From an uncultured bacterium (GTDB lineage Bacteria; Fermentibacterota; Fermentibacteria; Fermentibacterales; JCC-6): a DNA stretch of 37,723 nucleotides. Of this stretch, positions 9,185 through 18,424 are shown piece after piece. A program made the translations under genes and the position numbers. The first letter of the stretch is position 1; each line of letters begins with the position of its first letter. Where the stretch lies: contig CAZRCS010000002.1 of assembly GCA_964598645.1 (NCBI GenBank), positions 1 to 37,723 of the forward strand. Reading direction: 5' to 3'. The notes beneath the pieces were generated by a model, which was not told the origin of the DNA, did no database searches, and saw nothing but the letters and a program-made list of their open reading frames with translations.

Positions 9185-11059
9185 CTAATTTTTCCCGATG
9201 AGTTCTTCAATGGCTGCAAGAAGACCAGATGATGAGTAGGGTTTCTGAAGAACACTTACCCTGGCTCTGTCTTCAAAGTAACTCATGAGACTGTCACCAC
9301 TGTAACCTGTACAAAACAGGCATGGCAGCCGGGGAGATTGCTGCAGAATATGCTCGAAGGCATCCCTCCCGTTCATTTCAGGCATCATGGCATCGAACAC
9401 TGCAATTTGTATGGAACCGGCATTGGAAGAGTAAATCTCAAGGGCCTCTTTGCCGTTTACAGCCTCCAGAACCCTGTGACCGGCTTTTTCCAGGATGACC
9501 CTTGCGATCTCCCTTACCATGTCTTCGTCCTCGGCAAGAAGAACCGTGAGTTTCCCTGATGACTGGCTGTCCGATATGACCGGGGTCTCTGTTTCCTGAA
9601 TGGAAACCTCACCCAGCCAGAGGGGAATGCATACCCTGAAGCATGAACCTTCTCCCGGAGAGCTTTCCACCTTTATCGTTCCTCCATGTTTCACTGCTAT
9701 GGCATAACTGCTTGCAAGTCCCAAACCGGTGCCCTTGCCCTGTTTCTTGGTAGTAAAGAAGGGTTCGAATATCCTGCTGCGCACATCTTCGGGAATACCG
9801 GGGCCTGTATCACTGACTGATATGCATACACAGCGGACAGGGTCTTTACCTGCTTCACAGACGATCATTTCTTCCGATGTTTCAACAGTTATGCTTCCGC
9901 TCTCCATACCCTCCAGTGCGTCTCTTGCGTTTACGATCAGGTTCATCAGAACCTGTTCCAGCTGGAAGGGATCACCGTTTATTGACAGGCCGGGAGCGCC
10001 TGGTCGGAATTCAAGCTGCATCGAAGCTTCCACTATCCTTCCAACCATTCCGGTGAAGTCTCTTATCCGGCGGTCCACCTGGAATGGTTTCTTGTTGAAA
10101 CTCCCGTGTCGGCTGAAGGAGAGCAGCTGCCTGGTGAGTGACATAGCCTTCTCACCTGCCATCAGGATCTGTGAAAAATATTTCCCCGGGTCCTCCTCCG
10201 AAGAGGAACCGATCTCTGCTGCACCCATCATTACCTGAAGCAGGTTGTTGAAATCGTGGGCCACTCCCCCTGCGAGCCTTCCCACAGCTTCCATCTTCTG
10301 GGCCTGATGAAGCTGCTCTTCAAGTTCATTCTCCCGTGTTACGTCCTCCACGGTTCCCGCAACCAGGGTAGTATCCAGTAGATCATCGTACAGCGGCACC
10401 CTGACTATACTTACAGTCCTTAAACCATTTAGACCTGAAAGGGTGTATGTCCTGGGCTTCCTTCCTGAATCAGCTGACTCCAGAAGCTCTCTGTCATGGG
10501 CTTCCAGCAGTTCCGCTGAAGCAGCTCCAAAGAGATTCCAGTCTCTTCCGTCAACCGCCCTGTCAGCAGTGTATCCGAATATTTCCTCCATTTTCCTGTT
10601 CCATATCCTGTAGGAGAAACCGGAGGATGGATCCTTAGCGAAAAATCCCACTGGAAGACTCTCAACAAGCCCTGCAAGGAAATCCTTTCTCTGTCTGAGC
10701 TGGTCTCGATACTGAATGCTTTCAGTTATGTCAGAACATGTTCCGAGAACGCCTGAGACCCTTCCCTCATCATCGAAAAGGGGAATGGTGTTCAGACTCA
10801 GTATCCTTTTTTTACCCCGTGAGGAAGTAAGGTGTATCTCCCTCTGAAAGAGTGGTCTGCCGGTTTCCAGAACCTGCTTATCGAATTCAGCTGTTCTCCC
10901 CTGAAACAGACCTTTTTCCCGAAGCTCGTCGGCATGATCCAGCCCATGCTCCCGCAGGATTGATCTGTTCGCACCTGAGATCTTCCCGGATGCGTCCTTC
11001 CAGTAGATATAGAATGGAACAGCATCTATTATTTTCCCTGTGATGTCAGCACTATTCAA
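9185..11059 (-). CDS. hybrid sensor histidine kinase / response regulator with PAS domains
   Basis: Two PAS-like regions are followed by the H-box [13 protein letters not shown] boxes ([21 protein letters not shown]) and a C-terminal receiver (LLAEDEDMV ... [10 protein letters not shown]). The TTG start is preceded by GGAG with a 7-nt spacer. Confidence 0.9.
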   Translation of the reverse strand: MNSADITGKIIDAVPFYIYWKDASGKISGANRSILREHGLDHADELREKGLFQGRTAEFDKQVLETGRPLFQREIHLTSSRGKKRILSLNTIPLFDDEGRVSGVLGTCSDITESIQYRDQLRQRKDFLAGLVESLPVGFFAKDPSSGFSYRIWNRKMEEIFGYTADRAVDGRDWNLFGAASAELLEAHDRELLESADSGRKPRTYTLSGLNGLRTVSIVRVPLYDDLLDTTLVAGTVEDVTRENELEEQLHQAQKMEAVGRLAGGVAHDFNNLLQVMMGAAEIGSSSEEDPGKYFSQILMAGEKAMSLTRQLLSFSRHGSFNKKPFQVDRRIRDFTGMVGRIVEASMQLEFRPGAPGLSINGDPFQLEQVLMNLIVNARDALEGMESGSITVETSEEMIVCEAGKDPVRCVCISVSDTGPGIPEDVRSRIFEPFFTTKKQGKGTGLGLASSYAIAVKHGGTIKVESSPGEGSCFRVCIPLWLGEVSIQETETPVISDSQSSGKLTVLLAEDEDMVREIARVILEKAGHRVLEAVNGKEALEIYSSNAGSIQIAVFDAMMPEMNGRDAFEHILQQSPRLPCLFCTGYSGDSLMSYFEDRARVSVLQKPYSSSGLLAAIEELIGKN

Positions 11060-11073
11060 TTTTCAGCTCCGGT

Positions 11074-11367
11074 CTATTCCCTTACGTGCTCCAGGCCTAC
11101 CGATATCAGTGTCTTCACATGGCTGTCAGCAAGGCTGTAGTAAACATGTCTACCCTGCTTCCTCCGCGCAACCAGCCCTCCTGTTCTCAGAACCCGTAGC
11201 TGATGCGATACTGCCGATACAGAAACATCGAGATTGTCTGAAATGCTGCATACGCATAACTCACCCTGAAACAGCATTAACAGGATCTTCAGTCTGGTGG
11301 GATCGGAAGCATTGCTGAAAAGATCCGCCAGACTCTGAATCTCAGTGCAGTTCACATTTTCCATCAC
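11074..11367 (-). CDS. ArsR/SmtB family metalloregulatory transcription factor
   Basis: DPTRLKILLML, ELCVCSI (alpha3 Cys pair) and VSHQLRVLRTGGLV recognition-helix motifs are present. Confidence 0.9.
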   Translation of the reverse strand: MMENVNCTEIQSLADLFSNASDPTRLKILLMLFQGELCVCSISDNLDVSVSAVSHQLRVLRTGGLVARRKQGRHVYYSLADSHVKTLISVGLEHVRE

Positions 11368-12601
11368 AGCAGCCTTCTTTCACAGGAGTACCGGGATATC
11401 CCGCCTTCGCCAGAGACTCAAGGACATCCGCCTCCGAAAACCCTTTTCCCGGATATACCATGGCAGTGCCTGCCTCCAGGGAAACATGGACACTCTCTAC
11501 CCCTTTAAGTCCTGACAAAGCTTCTTCGGCAGAGCGCACACAATTCTTACAGGACATCCCCTTCACTTCATACAGTTTACCGTTGGAATCATCGGAGTCC
11601 ACGGATTTACCCTTCCTCCGGAGAACATCGGATATACCAAGCCATGCCATTCCTAGGAAAAGAAGCATAGCTGCCAACTCATTGAGAATACTGCTTTCCC
11701 CATGGCTAAGCATAGGAGTGTCAACGGGTATCTCAAGCCCATTCAGGAGAAATCCGGCAAGAATGCTCACTCCGATCACCGTTATGATGTAACTGAGGAA
11801 TGAGGTCTTGCCAAGTTTCTTCCGAACGGCACCCATGGTTGCGGCATTCGTTACGGGACCTGCCATGAGGAACACGAGAGCACTTCCCACAGGGAATCCT
11901 GCATAAACCAGAGCAGCCGCTATTGGAATGGATGATACTGAACATACGTAGAGCGGTATTCCCACAGCCAGGGCCGCCGCCATGCCCAGGGGCCCTCTGA
12001 GCACCTCATATTCGGTCAGCTGACCGGGTTCTATGAATACGGTAATGAGAGCCGATACCGCTATACCTATGAAGAGCCAAACGTATATGTCCCTGAAGAG
12101 CGTTCCCCAGGCGTAATTCCATATTCGCAGGGCAATGTTTCCCTTCTCTCCCTCTGCTGCATGAACCGGCGCGGATTTATGGCCGTTCTCCTTCTCAAGG
12201 AGATCCACTATGGTTCCGCTTATCAGTCCGGCTGCAAATGCTGCAATTACCTTCGCAAGGGCCACAGGCCATCCAAGCATTGCCCATGTGGGGGCAATTG
12301 AATCTACACCTGTCTGGGGAGTGCTCGAGAGGAAACTCACTGCGGCTCCCTTACTGGCCCCGTCTCTTCTAAGTGACAGAGCAGCAGGAAGAACACCACA
12401 GGAACACAATGGAAGTGGTATACCAATCAGGCTTGCCTTGATCACACTGAATAAACCGGGTTTTCCCATGTGTCTGAATATTCTCTCACGCTTCACGAAA
12501 ACATGAAGAAGACCCGCTATCAGAAGACCAAGGAAAAGTGACGGAGCAAGAGCTTTTCCAGTAACCCAGAAAGCTTCCGCAAGTTCGATGATGAAAGACA
12601 T
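11342..12601 (-). CDS. DUF318/ArsP-type permease with C-terminal heavy-metal-associated (HMA) domain (SO_0444-like putative Cu/Zn efflux)
   Basis: The protein is polytopic with an LPLCSCGVLP motif. The C-terminal domain carries GMSCKNC (GMxCxxC). GGAGG lies upstream of the ATG at 12601. Confidence 0.85.
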   Translation of the reverse strand: MSFIIELAEAFWVTGKALAPSLFLGLLIAGLLHVFVKRERIFRHMGKPGLFSVIKASLIGIPLPLCSCGVLPAALSLRRDGASKGAAVSFLSSTPQTGVDSIAPTWAMLGWPVALAKVIAAFAAGLISGTIVDLLEKENGHKSAPVHAAEGEKGNIALRIWNYAWGTLFRDIYVWLFIGIAVSALITVFIEPGQLTEYEVLRGPLGMAAALAVGIPLYVCSVSSIPIAAALVYAGFPVGSALVFLMAGPVTNAATMGAVRKKLGKTSFLSYIITVIGVSILAGFLLNGLEIPVDTPMLSHGESSILNELAAMLLFLGMAWLGISDVLRRKGKSVDSDDSNGKLYEVKGMSCKNCVRSAEEALSGLKGVESVHVSLEAGTAMVYPGKGFSEADVLESLAKAGYPGTPVKEGCCDGKCELH

Positions 12602-12619
12602 TTGTACCTCCGGTTAATT

Positions 12620-12643
12620 TTCAATACTTGAATAACTGTTCAA
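12620..12643 (-). promoter_or_regulatory. candidate ArsR/SmtB operator (inverted repeats TTCAA-tac-TTGAA-taactg-TTCAA)
   Basis: A perfect TTGAA-N6-TTCAA palindrome (12628-12643), plus an extra TTCAA half-site, lies in the 79-bp leader of the permease-arsR operon. It resembles the TGAA...TTCA cores of SmtB/CzrA operators. Confidence 0.45.
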
Positions 12644-12680
12644 ATATAGAAAAGTTCCCGAAAAAAGGACAACGTCCAAC

Positions 12681-14378
12681 CTATAGGGAAAGTTCTCTTT
12701 CCATTTCCAGAACCTTCTCCTCGAAGACTATCATGAAGGGATCCTCTTCCAGGGTGGGATGAATCGTTTCATAATCGTTTATGATCTTTCTTCCCCTGCC
12801 GAGATCCTTAGCCCTGGATTCTCTTACAGCCCGTCGAACCTGCCTTACAAGATCAAGAAGCTCTCCAGACTCACCGGTGGTCAACGTTCCTTTACTCAGA
12901 CCTTCCACAAGGGCAAAATATCTGAGACACTTTCTGTATACCTCGATACCCGCAAGCCTGTCTTCCTGTGTTATGAAGTTCTTTCCGGCACCTTCTGCGG
13001 TGTGCCCTGAAGTGGACTCCAGATCCTTCAGGGACTCATTCACCATTTTCAGTACATCATCGGTAAACACATCAGCTTCCACATGTGTATGAACTGCCCT
13101 GCTTCTGTTGCGGAACTTCCAGAGACTCCTTAGAACCGCATACAGGTTTGAGTGGAGCATCCAGCCCGGCACCAGCCTCATCCACCCTTCGGGTATTCCT
13201 TCCGGTCTTACAGCGGGAAGACAAATCAGAGAGAAGGGAAACTCAACCCTCTGGGGCAGTGTGGTCAAACCAGTGGCAATAACACTGAAGGGGCTTCTGC
13301 TGAAATCCGAGGGAAACTTAACCGAAGTACTCAAACCGAAGAACAAACCGGTTCCCGGTCGTATTTCCTGGTCTGGAAGCCTTGAAGTGTGATTGCTGCC
13401 GATGTTGGCCCCATAACCTATGTTTCCTCTTCCTCCGGGCCACAGTGCAGCTATAAGAAGGGACTGGTGGTGCATACCCGTGAGGGGACCCACAATCGAT
13501 GCGGTGATCTCTCCCTCTCCGAGAACACTGTCCGCACCCAGGTAGGAGGAACTGAGCTTACCGTGTTTCTCCACAATGGAACATTCGCCCACTATGGAGT
13601 TCTCTACCACTGCCATTGAATCTGTCTTTGCGTTCCACTGAAGAACACTGCTGCGCACAAGTGCTCCGTCACTTACCGTTGAACCGGGAAAGAGAATGGA
13701 ACCCCTGACAGCGGTGGCAGATGTAATTTTCGCTCCTTCAAGGAGCAGACTGTTCTCCACCGCAGGGCATGAGTCCAATATGGCCCCGGCACCTATGAAC
13801 CCTTTAACTCTCCCTTTAAGTCCCAGAAGAAGAGCTGCAAGCCCTTCAGCTTCGGCCCGTCCGTCCCCCGAGGCAAGCCAGGCAGCCTGTAAATGGGTAA
13901 GTGCAGGGAAAAGGGGTACTGATCTTTCCCCGGTTTCCAGTCCTCCCTGAATAAAACTCTCGAGGAATGAAGGATCAGATGTCCATTCCACCTTTCCGCA
14001 GAAACTCACTGAACTCCCAGGGTACAGAGTCATTCCACTGATAAGTCCCGTGGAATCGATAGAAAGTGGTCCGGAAAGAGAACAGTTTCTGATTCTGGTT
14101 GACTGTAGCTTTCCTTCTGGAAGGTGAATAAGAACCCTTCCCTGGAAAACGCAGTTCCTGATCAGATCCAAATTGGTATCCGGTGATATCAGAACCGTGT
14201 TCCAGTCAATGGAGTAAGAACCGCCATTTTGTAAAAGGGAGATTTCCTTCCTGGTGAGCCTCCTGCAGTTCTGCAGGTTTTCCGGTTCCGGCAGGATAAC
14301 TGATTTTACGAATTCCTCAAAAGCAGAGTGAAAATCAGTCAACTCTGTTCCGCCTTTCACCGTGCTCCCAGGAGGCAA
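12681..14378 (-). CDS. DUF4954-like protein (predicted left-handed beta-helix), function unknown
   Basis: An N-terminal RRLTRKEISLLQNGG..IDWNTVLI region is followed by hexapeptide-like repeats and GANIGSNHTSR. The start is ambiguous (TTG 14378, GTG 14360 or TTG 14342), and every option overlaps the upstream gene. Confidence 0.6.
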   Translation of the reverse strand: MPPGSTVKGGTELTDFHSAFEEFVKSVILPEPENLQNCRRLTRKEISLLQNGGSYSIDWNTVLISPDTNLDLIRNCVFQGRVLIHLPEGKLQSTRIRNCSLSGPLSIDSTGLISGMTLYPGSSVSFCGKVEWTSDPSFLESFIQGGLETGERSVPLFPALTHLQAAWLASGDGRAEAEGLAALLLGLKGRVKGFIGAGAILDSCPAVENSLLLEGAKITSATAVRGSILFPGSTVSDGALVRSSVLQWNAKTDSMAVVENSIVGECSIVEKHGKLSSSYLGADSVLGEGEITASIVGPLTGMHHQSLLIAALWPGGRGNIGYGANIGSNHTSRLPDQEIRPGTGLFFGLSTSVKFPSDFSRSPFSVIATGLTTLPQRVEFPFSLICLPAVRPEGIPEGWMRLVPGWMLHSNLYAVLRSLWKFRNRSRAVHTHVEADVFTDDVLKMVNESLKDLESTSGHTAEGAGKNFITQEDRLAGIEVYRKCLRYFALVEGLSKGTLTTGESGELLDLVRQVRRAVRESRAKDLGRGRKIINDYETIHPTLEEDPFMIVFEEKVLEMERELSL

Positions 14379-15201
14379 TGTTAAGCAAAGCCTCTCTGGT
14401 CCTTCTCCTGATGGCTTCCACGGTTCTGTATCCGATGTGGGGAGTAACGATCACCCCGGGAATACTGAAAAGAGGGTGATCATCTGGAAGGGGTTCGGGA
14501 GTAGTCACATCAAGACCGGCACCTCCGAGCCAACCATTCTGAAGCATCTCCTGAAGAGCATCCTGATCCACTATATCACCTCTTGCAGTATTCACCAGCA
14601 CTGCTCCCCTCTTCATCACTTGGAGTTTTTCCCTGTCCATGAACCTTTCCGTCTCGTAGTTCAGTGGAACGTGAAGAGAGATCACATCGCTTTGATTAAG
14701 GAGTTTTTCCAGGCTGACATACTCTCCGGGAAAGGCATCCCTTCTGGATCTGCTCCACCCCAGAATTTTGCAGCCAGAAGCTTTAAAGAGCTTTGCGGCT
14801 TCTATTCCTATACTTCCAGTACCAATGAATCCCGCTGTTTTGCCCCGCAGTTCAGTTCCCAGATCTCTTCTGGGATCCCTGATGGACATCACTGCAAGAG
14901 AAAAAGCAAGTTCAGCGACGCTTGCTGTGGAGTAACCTGGAACATTGGAAACCGCAATGCCGAATTCTCTGGCGGAATCAACGTCTATATGGTCATAACC
15001 GGTAAAAGCAACCGAGACGATACCTCCGACAAGACCCTTGAGCATTTCCCTGTCCACAGGACGTCTCACCGTTATAAGTGCATTGTGCCCATCAGGTTCA
15101 TTCCCTGAATCAATGGACCAGCGGGGAAGAATTCTTTTAGCGACCCTTCCGGTTTCGGCAGGTGATATTCCAGGCTCCTGAAGGACGAGGAGTTTCTTCA
15201 T
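14335..15201 (-). CDS. D-isomer-specific 2-hydroxyacid dehydrogenase family protein
   Basis: The NAD-binding GFIGTGSIGIEAA motif, catalytic-region NTARGDIVD and a late TPHIG motif are present. The ATG immediately follows the pepD stop. Confidence 0.88.
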   Translation of the reverse strand: MKKLLVLQEPGISPAETGRVAKRILPRWSIDSGNEPDGHNALITVRRPVDREMLKGLVGGIVSVAFTGYDHIDVDSAREFGIAVSNVPGYSTASVAELAFSLAVMSIRDPRRDLGTELRGKTAGFIGTGSIGIEAAKLFKASGCKILGWSRSRRDAFPGEYVSLEKLLNQSDVISLHVPLNYETERFMDREKLQVMKRGAVLVNTARGDIVDQDALQEMLQNGWLGGAGLDVTTPEPLPDDHPLFSIPGVIVTPHIGYRTVEAIRRRTREALLNIASWEHGERRNRVD

Positions 15202-16617
15202 TCAGACGTTCTCCAGAAGATCCAGCAAAAACTTGAGAAAGAGATCAACCGATGAAATACTCACTGACTCACCTGGAACGTGAACGTCGCTGATGTCGGG
15301 ACCAAGGCTTATCATCTCCAGTTCTCCAACCCGCTGTCCGATTATGCCGCACTCGAGTCCTGCATGTATGGCTTCAACGGTGGGGTATGATCCTGAAATT
15401 CTTCTGAAGGATTCCCTTGCAGCATCAAGCAGCCCTGAAGACCTGTCCGGCATCCATCCCGGATAACCTTCTCCGGCGGTAACCCTTCCCCCGGCAAGCC
15501 TTCCAATGGCCGCTATGGTTTCCACATGGGCATTCTTCGCCGATTCCACGGCACTGCGTATGCTTATCAGTACTTTTAGTGTGCCCTTATCCCACGAGGC
15601 AATGGCAAGATTGGCGGAGGTTTCCACAAGATCATCCACTATCCCGCTCATTTTCTCAACTCCATGTGGAAGAGCCAGAAGGGTATCGATGAAAACTGAA
15701 GACGATTTCTCCGTTAACCTGGCGGAGGTTTCCACTTCTGTGCATTTGACCGTAATGGTTTTCTCAATATCAGCGTATTCCTCCAGGAAATCCTTCCTGA
15801 CAATTGAGCAAAGGGTTCCAGCCCTGGCAGGATCCTCAACGGTCATCACAGCTTCAGCTGTTCTTGGAATGGCATTGTGCTTGCTTCCACCCCTGAAACT
15901 CACCAGCCTTCCTCCGAGAAGCTCCTCTAGCTGCCGGCAGAGCCTTGCAGTAAGCTTGATTGCGTTAGCATTGTCTGAGTTGATCTCCATGCCGGAGTGA
16001 CCTCCGTTAAGACCATTGATTTCAACTTTGACCCCGGGACCGCTGTAATCCTCAAGCTCTCCATTAAGCTCTATCTCGACATCCCTTCCACCGGCACAGC
16101 CAATTATCACAACGCCCAGTTCTTCGGAATCAAGATTTATGAGCTTCCCTGCGGATATCCACTCCGGAGGAAATGCCAGGGCTCCAACAAGCCCCCTCTC
16201 CTCGTCGACTGTGAATAGGCACTCCAGAGGGCAGATCCCGGGATAATCACCATCAAGGAGCTCAAGCATCAGGGCAACTCCTATGCCGTTATCCGCTCCA
16301 AGGGTAGTTTCACCTGCCAACAGAAGATCCCCCTCAAGTTCCGGCTTGATGGGATCTTCCAGGAAGTCATGGGTACTCCCTGAGATCTTCTCCCCAACCA
16401 TATCCATATGGGCCTGGAGAGCAACAGGTTCACCTGAGCCTGATTTTTTGATAAGAACGTTGCCCAACGAATCTGATAAAACTTCCAAATCTCTTTCACG
16501 GGCGAATTCAACCAGGTATTTGGAAATACCGGTTTCATTACCGCTCGTGTGGGGTATTTCACAGATGTCCTTGAAAAACCTCCATACCGGCTCTTCTGCT
16601 AATTCCTCTGGAAACAT
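15202..16617 (-). CDS. pepD: aminoacyl-histidine (Xaa-His) dipeptidase, M20 family
   Basis: FFKDICEIPHTSGNE, LQAHMDMV, GADNGIG and FTVDEE motifs are typical of PepD. The ATG at 16617 shares one nt with the upstream TGA. Confidence 0.9.
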   Translation of the reverse strand: MFPEELAEEPVWRFFKDICEIPHTSGNETGISKYLVEFARERDLEVLSDSLGNVLIKKSGSGEPVALQAHMDMVGEKISGSTHDFLEDPIKPELEGDLLLAGETTLGADNGIGVALMLELLDGDYPGICPLECLFTVDEERGLVGALAFPPEWISAGKLINLDSEELGVVIIGCAGGRDVEIELNGELEDYSGPGVKVEINGLNGGHSGMEINSDNANAIKLTARLCRQLEELLGGRLVSFRGGSKHNAIPRTAEAVMTVEDPARAGTLCSIVRKDFLEEYADIEKTITVKCTEVETSARLTEKSSSVFIDTLLALPHGVEKMSGIVDDLVETSANLAIASWDKGTLKVLISIRSAVESAKNAHVETIAAIGRLAGGRVTAGEGYPGWMPDRSSGLLDAARESFRRISGSYPTVEAIHAGLECGIIGQRVGELEMISLGPDISDVHVPGESVSISSVDLFLKFLLDLLENV

Positions 16618-17306
16618 CACAACTCCTGTTCAAAGGCTCTCAGGAAATGGTCGAACACAACTTCCCCTGTGTTGAATCCCGGCCCGCCCTGAAGGGTTTT
16701 TTCTAAATCTATGCCATTAATGGTGAAAATTTCGGGATCTTCCCTGTAACACATGTTTCCGCTTTCTCTGTCAAACTCCGGATGAAATTGAGTACCGAAC
16801 AGTTTCAGCTCCTTGTTGTAAAAAGCCTGGATCTCAGTATGTGCATTCGATGCGGTTACTACGGATCCCTCAGGAAGCTTCTTCACACGGTCATAGTGTG
16901 ACTGCCATACTGCAAGGGAACCGAAAAGTCCCGGGACTGGCCAGGACGGCAGAAACTCCACAGGGATCCAGCCCAATTCCACCGAAGCACACCTCTCTAC
17001 AGATTCCCTACCGGACAAGACCCTGGCTAAAAGCTGATGCCCGTAGCAGATACCCATTTGTGGAACAGAGGAGGAACAGCAGTTCCTGATGAAATCCGAA
17101 GCACCTGCAATAAATGGATGGTCATCGATTATTGAAAGGGCAGACCCGGAATGCACCACTGCCCTGAAATCTTCAGCCTCAAGCAAGGGGAAGGTATCAC
17201 CGGCGGAAACTCTATGAACCAGCGAAGGAACACTGAACCATCTGCTTATGTTCGCTCCGGATCTGGAGTCAACGGAATAATCTAGAACCAGGACTGGTTT
17301 TTGCAT
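16617..17306 (-). CDS. class I glutamine amidotransferase (GuaA-N-like GATase1)
   Basis: The nucleophile elbow GICYGHQLL and the FHPEF His/Glu motif are present. Confidence 0.85.
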   Translation of the reverse strand: MQKPVLVLDYSVDSRSGANISRWFSVPSLVHRVSAGDTFPLLEAEDFRAVVHSGSALSIIDDHPFIAGASDFIRNCCSSSVPQMGICYGHQLLARVLSGRESVERCASVELGWIPVEFLPSWPVPGLFGSLAVWQSHYDRVKKLPEGSVVTASNAHTEIQAFYNKELKLFGTQFHPEFDRESGNMCYREDPEIFTINGIDLEKTLQGGPGFNTGEVVFDHFLRAFEQEL

Positions 17307-17416
17307 AGAAGTAATCCCCCAGTGTAAATGGTTTCACACAACAATAACCAACAGACCGAAACAATTGCAACACGGGTCTCCGTTGCTTATCATACCATGG
17401 AAACGGAAGGGTGTAT

Positions 17417-18424
17417 ATGTCTCCTGGAATCATTGCAAGAAAGAACGGTTTCCCATGGTTCCGTCCCGTTCATCCCAGACGGAAGCTCCTCGTTCGTATG
17501 GACACTACCAATCACTGCAACCTCAGGTGTTCCATGTGCCCGATGCGTCTCTCGGACAACGACAGTTCAAGAAAATGGCACCACATCGAGCATGATGTCT
17601 TCAGGAAAATAGCAGGGGAAGTATTCCCCATATCACGCACGGTGGGTATTTCCTGCGGAGCAGAACCCCTTACCAACCCGGATTTCACGGAACACATGAA
17701 AACCCTGTTCAGAAGCGGAGTTCCCTACAGGGAGATGGTAACCAATGGAACACTCCTCTCCGAACAACTTATAAAAAGCATATTGGAGTACCCCCCGACA
17801 AGCATCTTCATTTCCATCGACGGGGCATCACCGGAAACCCACGGCAGTATAAGGGACGGCGCAGATCTGAACAGAATAATATCCATGCTGACGAAACTCA
17901 TTGAATCACGCGGAAAAAGAAGATTTCCAATGGTGGGTTTCAGTACCACCCTTCAGAGGGATAACCTCCGGGAGCTTCCTGAAATAGTGGAGCTTGCGGC
18001 AAGAGTTGGTGCAGAGTCCGCTGGAGTAGTTCCCCTGGTTCCCTACGAAGGACTGGATACACTTGATAAAGTGGTAAGAACAGATTCGGCGGAGGCTTCA
18101 GAGTACATAAAAAAGGCTGAAGCGAAAGCGGCTTCCCTGGGTATTGCCTTTCATCTATCGGAAAGTGTTACCAGAGGAGATTCACCCTATCCCTGCCCCT
18201 ATCTTGAGAGTACGGTTTACATAGATCCCGATGGCTCAATTTATCCATGCCCCTACTGGAACACGGAAAACCCGCTGGGAAACATCATGGATGGTTTCAT
18301 GAACGTATGGAAAGGAACAACCTACACAAGACTCCGCAGAGGTGAATTCATCAATGAAGACAACTGCACCATCTGCCCGGAAATTACAAAAGGCGGAAGC
18401 GAAGTACTGAAGGGAAAACAGTAA
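17417..18424 (+). CDS. radical SAM protein with C-terminal SPASM/twitch-type Cys cluster
   Basis: CNLRCSMCP (CxxxCxxC) is near the N-terminus. C-terminal Cys motifs are CPYLESTVYIDPDGSIYPCPYW and CTICPE. The ATG at 17417 lies 6 nt after GGAAGG. Confidence 0.88.
   Translation: MSPGIIARKNGFPWFRPVHPRRKLLVRMDTTNHCNLRCSMCPMRLSDNDSSRKWHHIEHDVFRKIAGEVFPISRTVGISCGAEPLTNPDFTEHMKTLFRSGVPYREMVTNGTLLSEQLIKSILEYPPTSIFISIDGASPETHGSIRDGADLNRIISMLTKLIESRGKRRFPMVGFSTTLQRDNLRELPEIVELAARVGAESAGVVPLVPYEGLDTLDKVVRTDSAEASEYIKKAEAKAASLGIAFHLSESVTRGDSPYPCPYLESTVYIDPDGSIYPCPYWNTENPLGNIMDGFMNVWKGTTYTRLRRGEFINEDNCTICPEITKGGSEVLKGKQ

Noticed and set aside
9761-9770. GGTTCGAAT T-loop-like motif
   Set aside because: It lies inside the histidine kinase coding frame with no surrounding cloverleaf potential.
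14362-15108. 248-aa plus-strand ORF (similarly 1340-2047 and 15506-16000)
   Set aside because: These lie antisense to well-supported genes (2-hydroxyacid dehydrogenase, ABC genes, pepD). They are shadow ORFs with no motifs.
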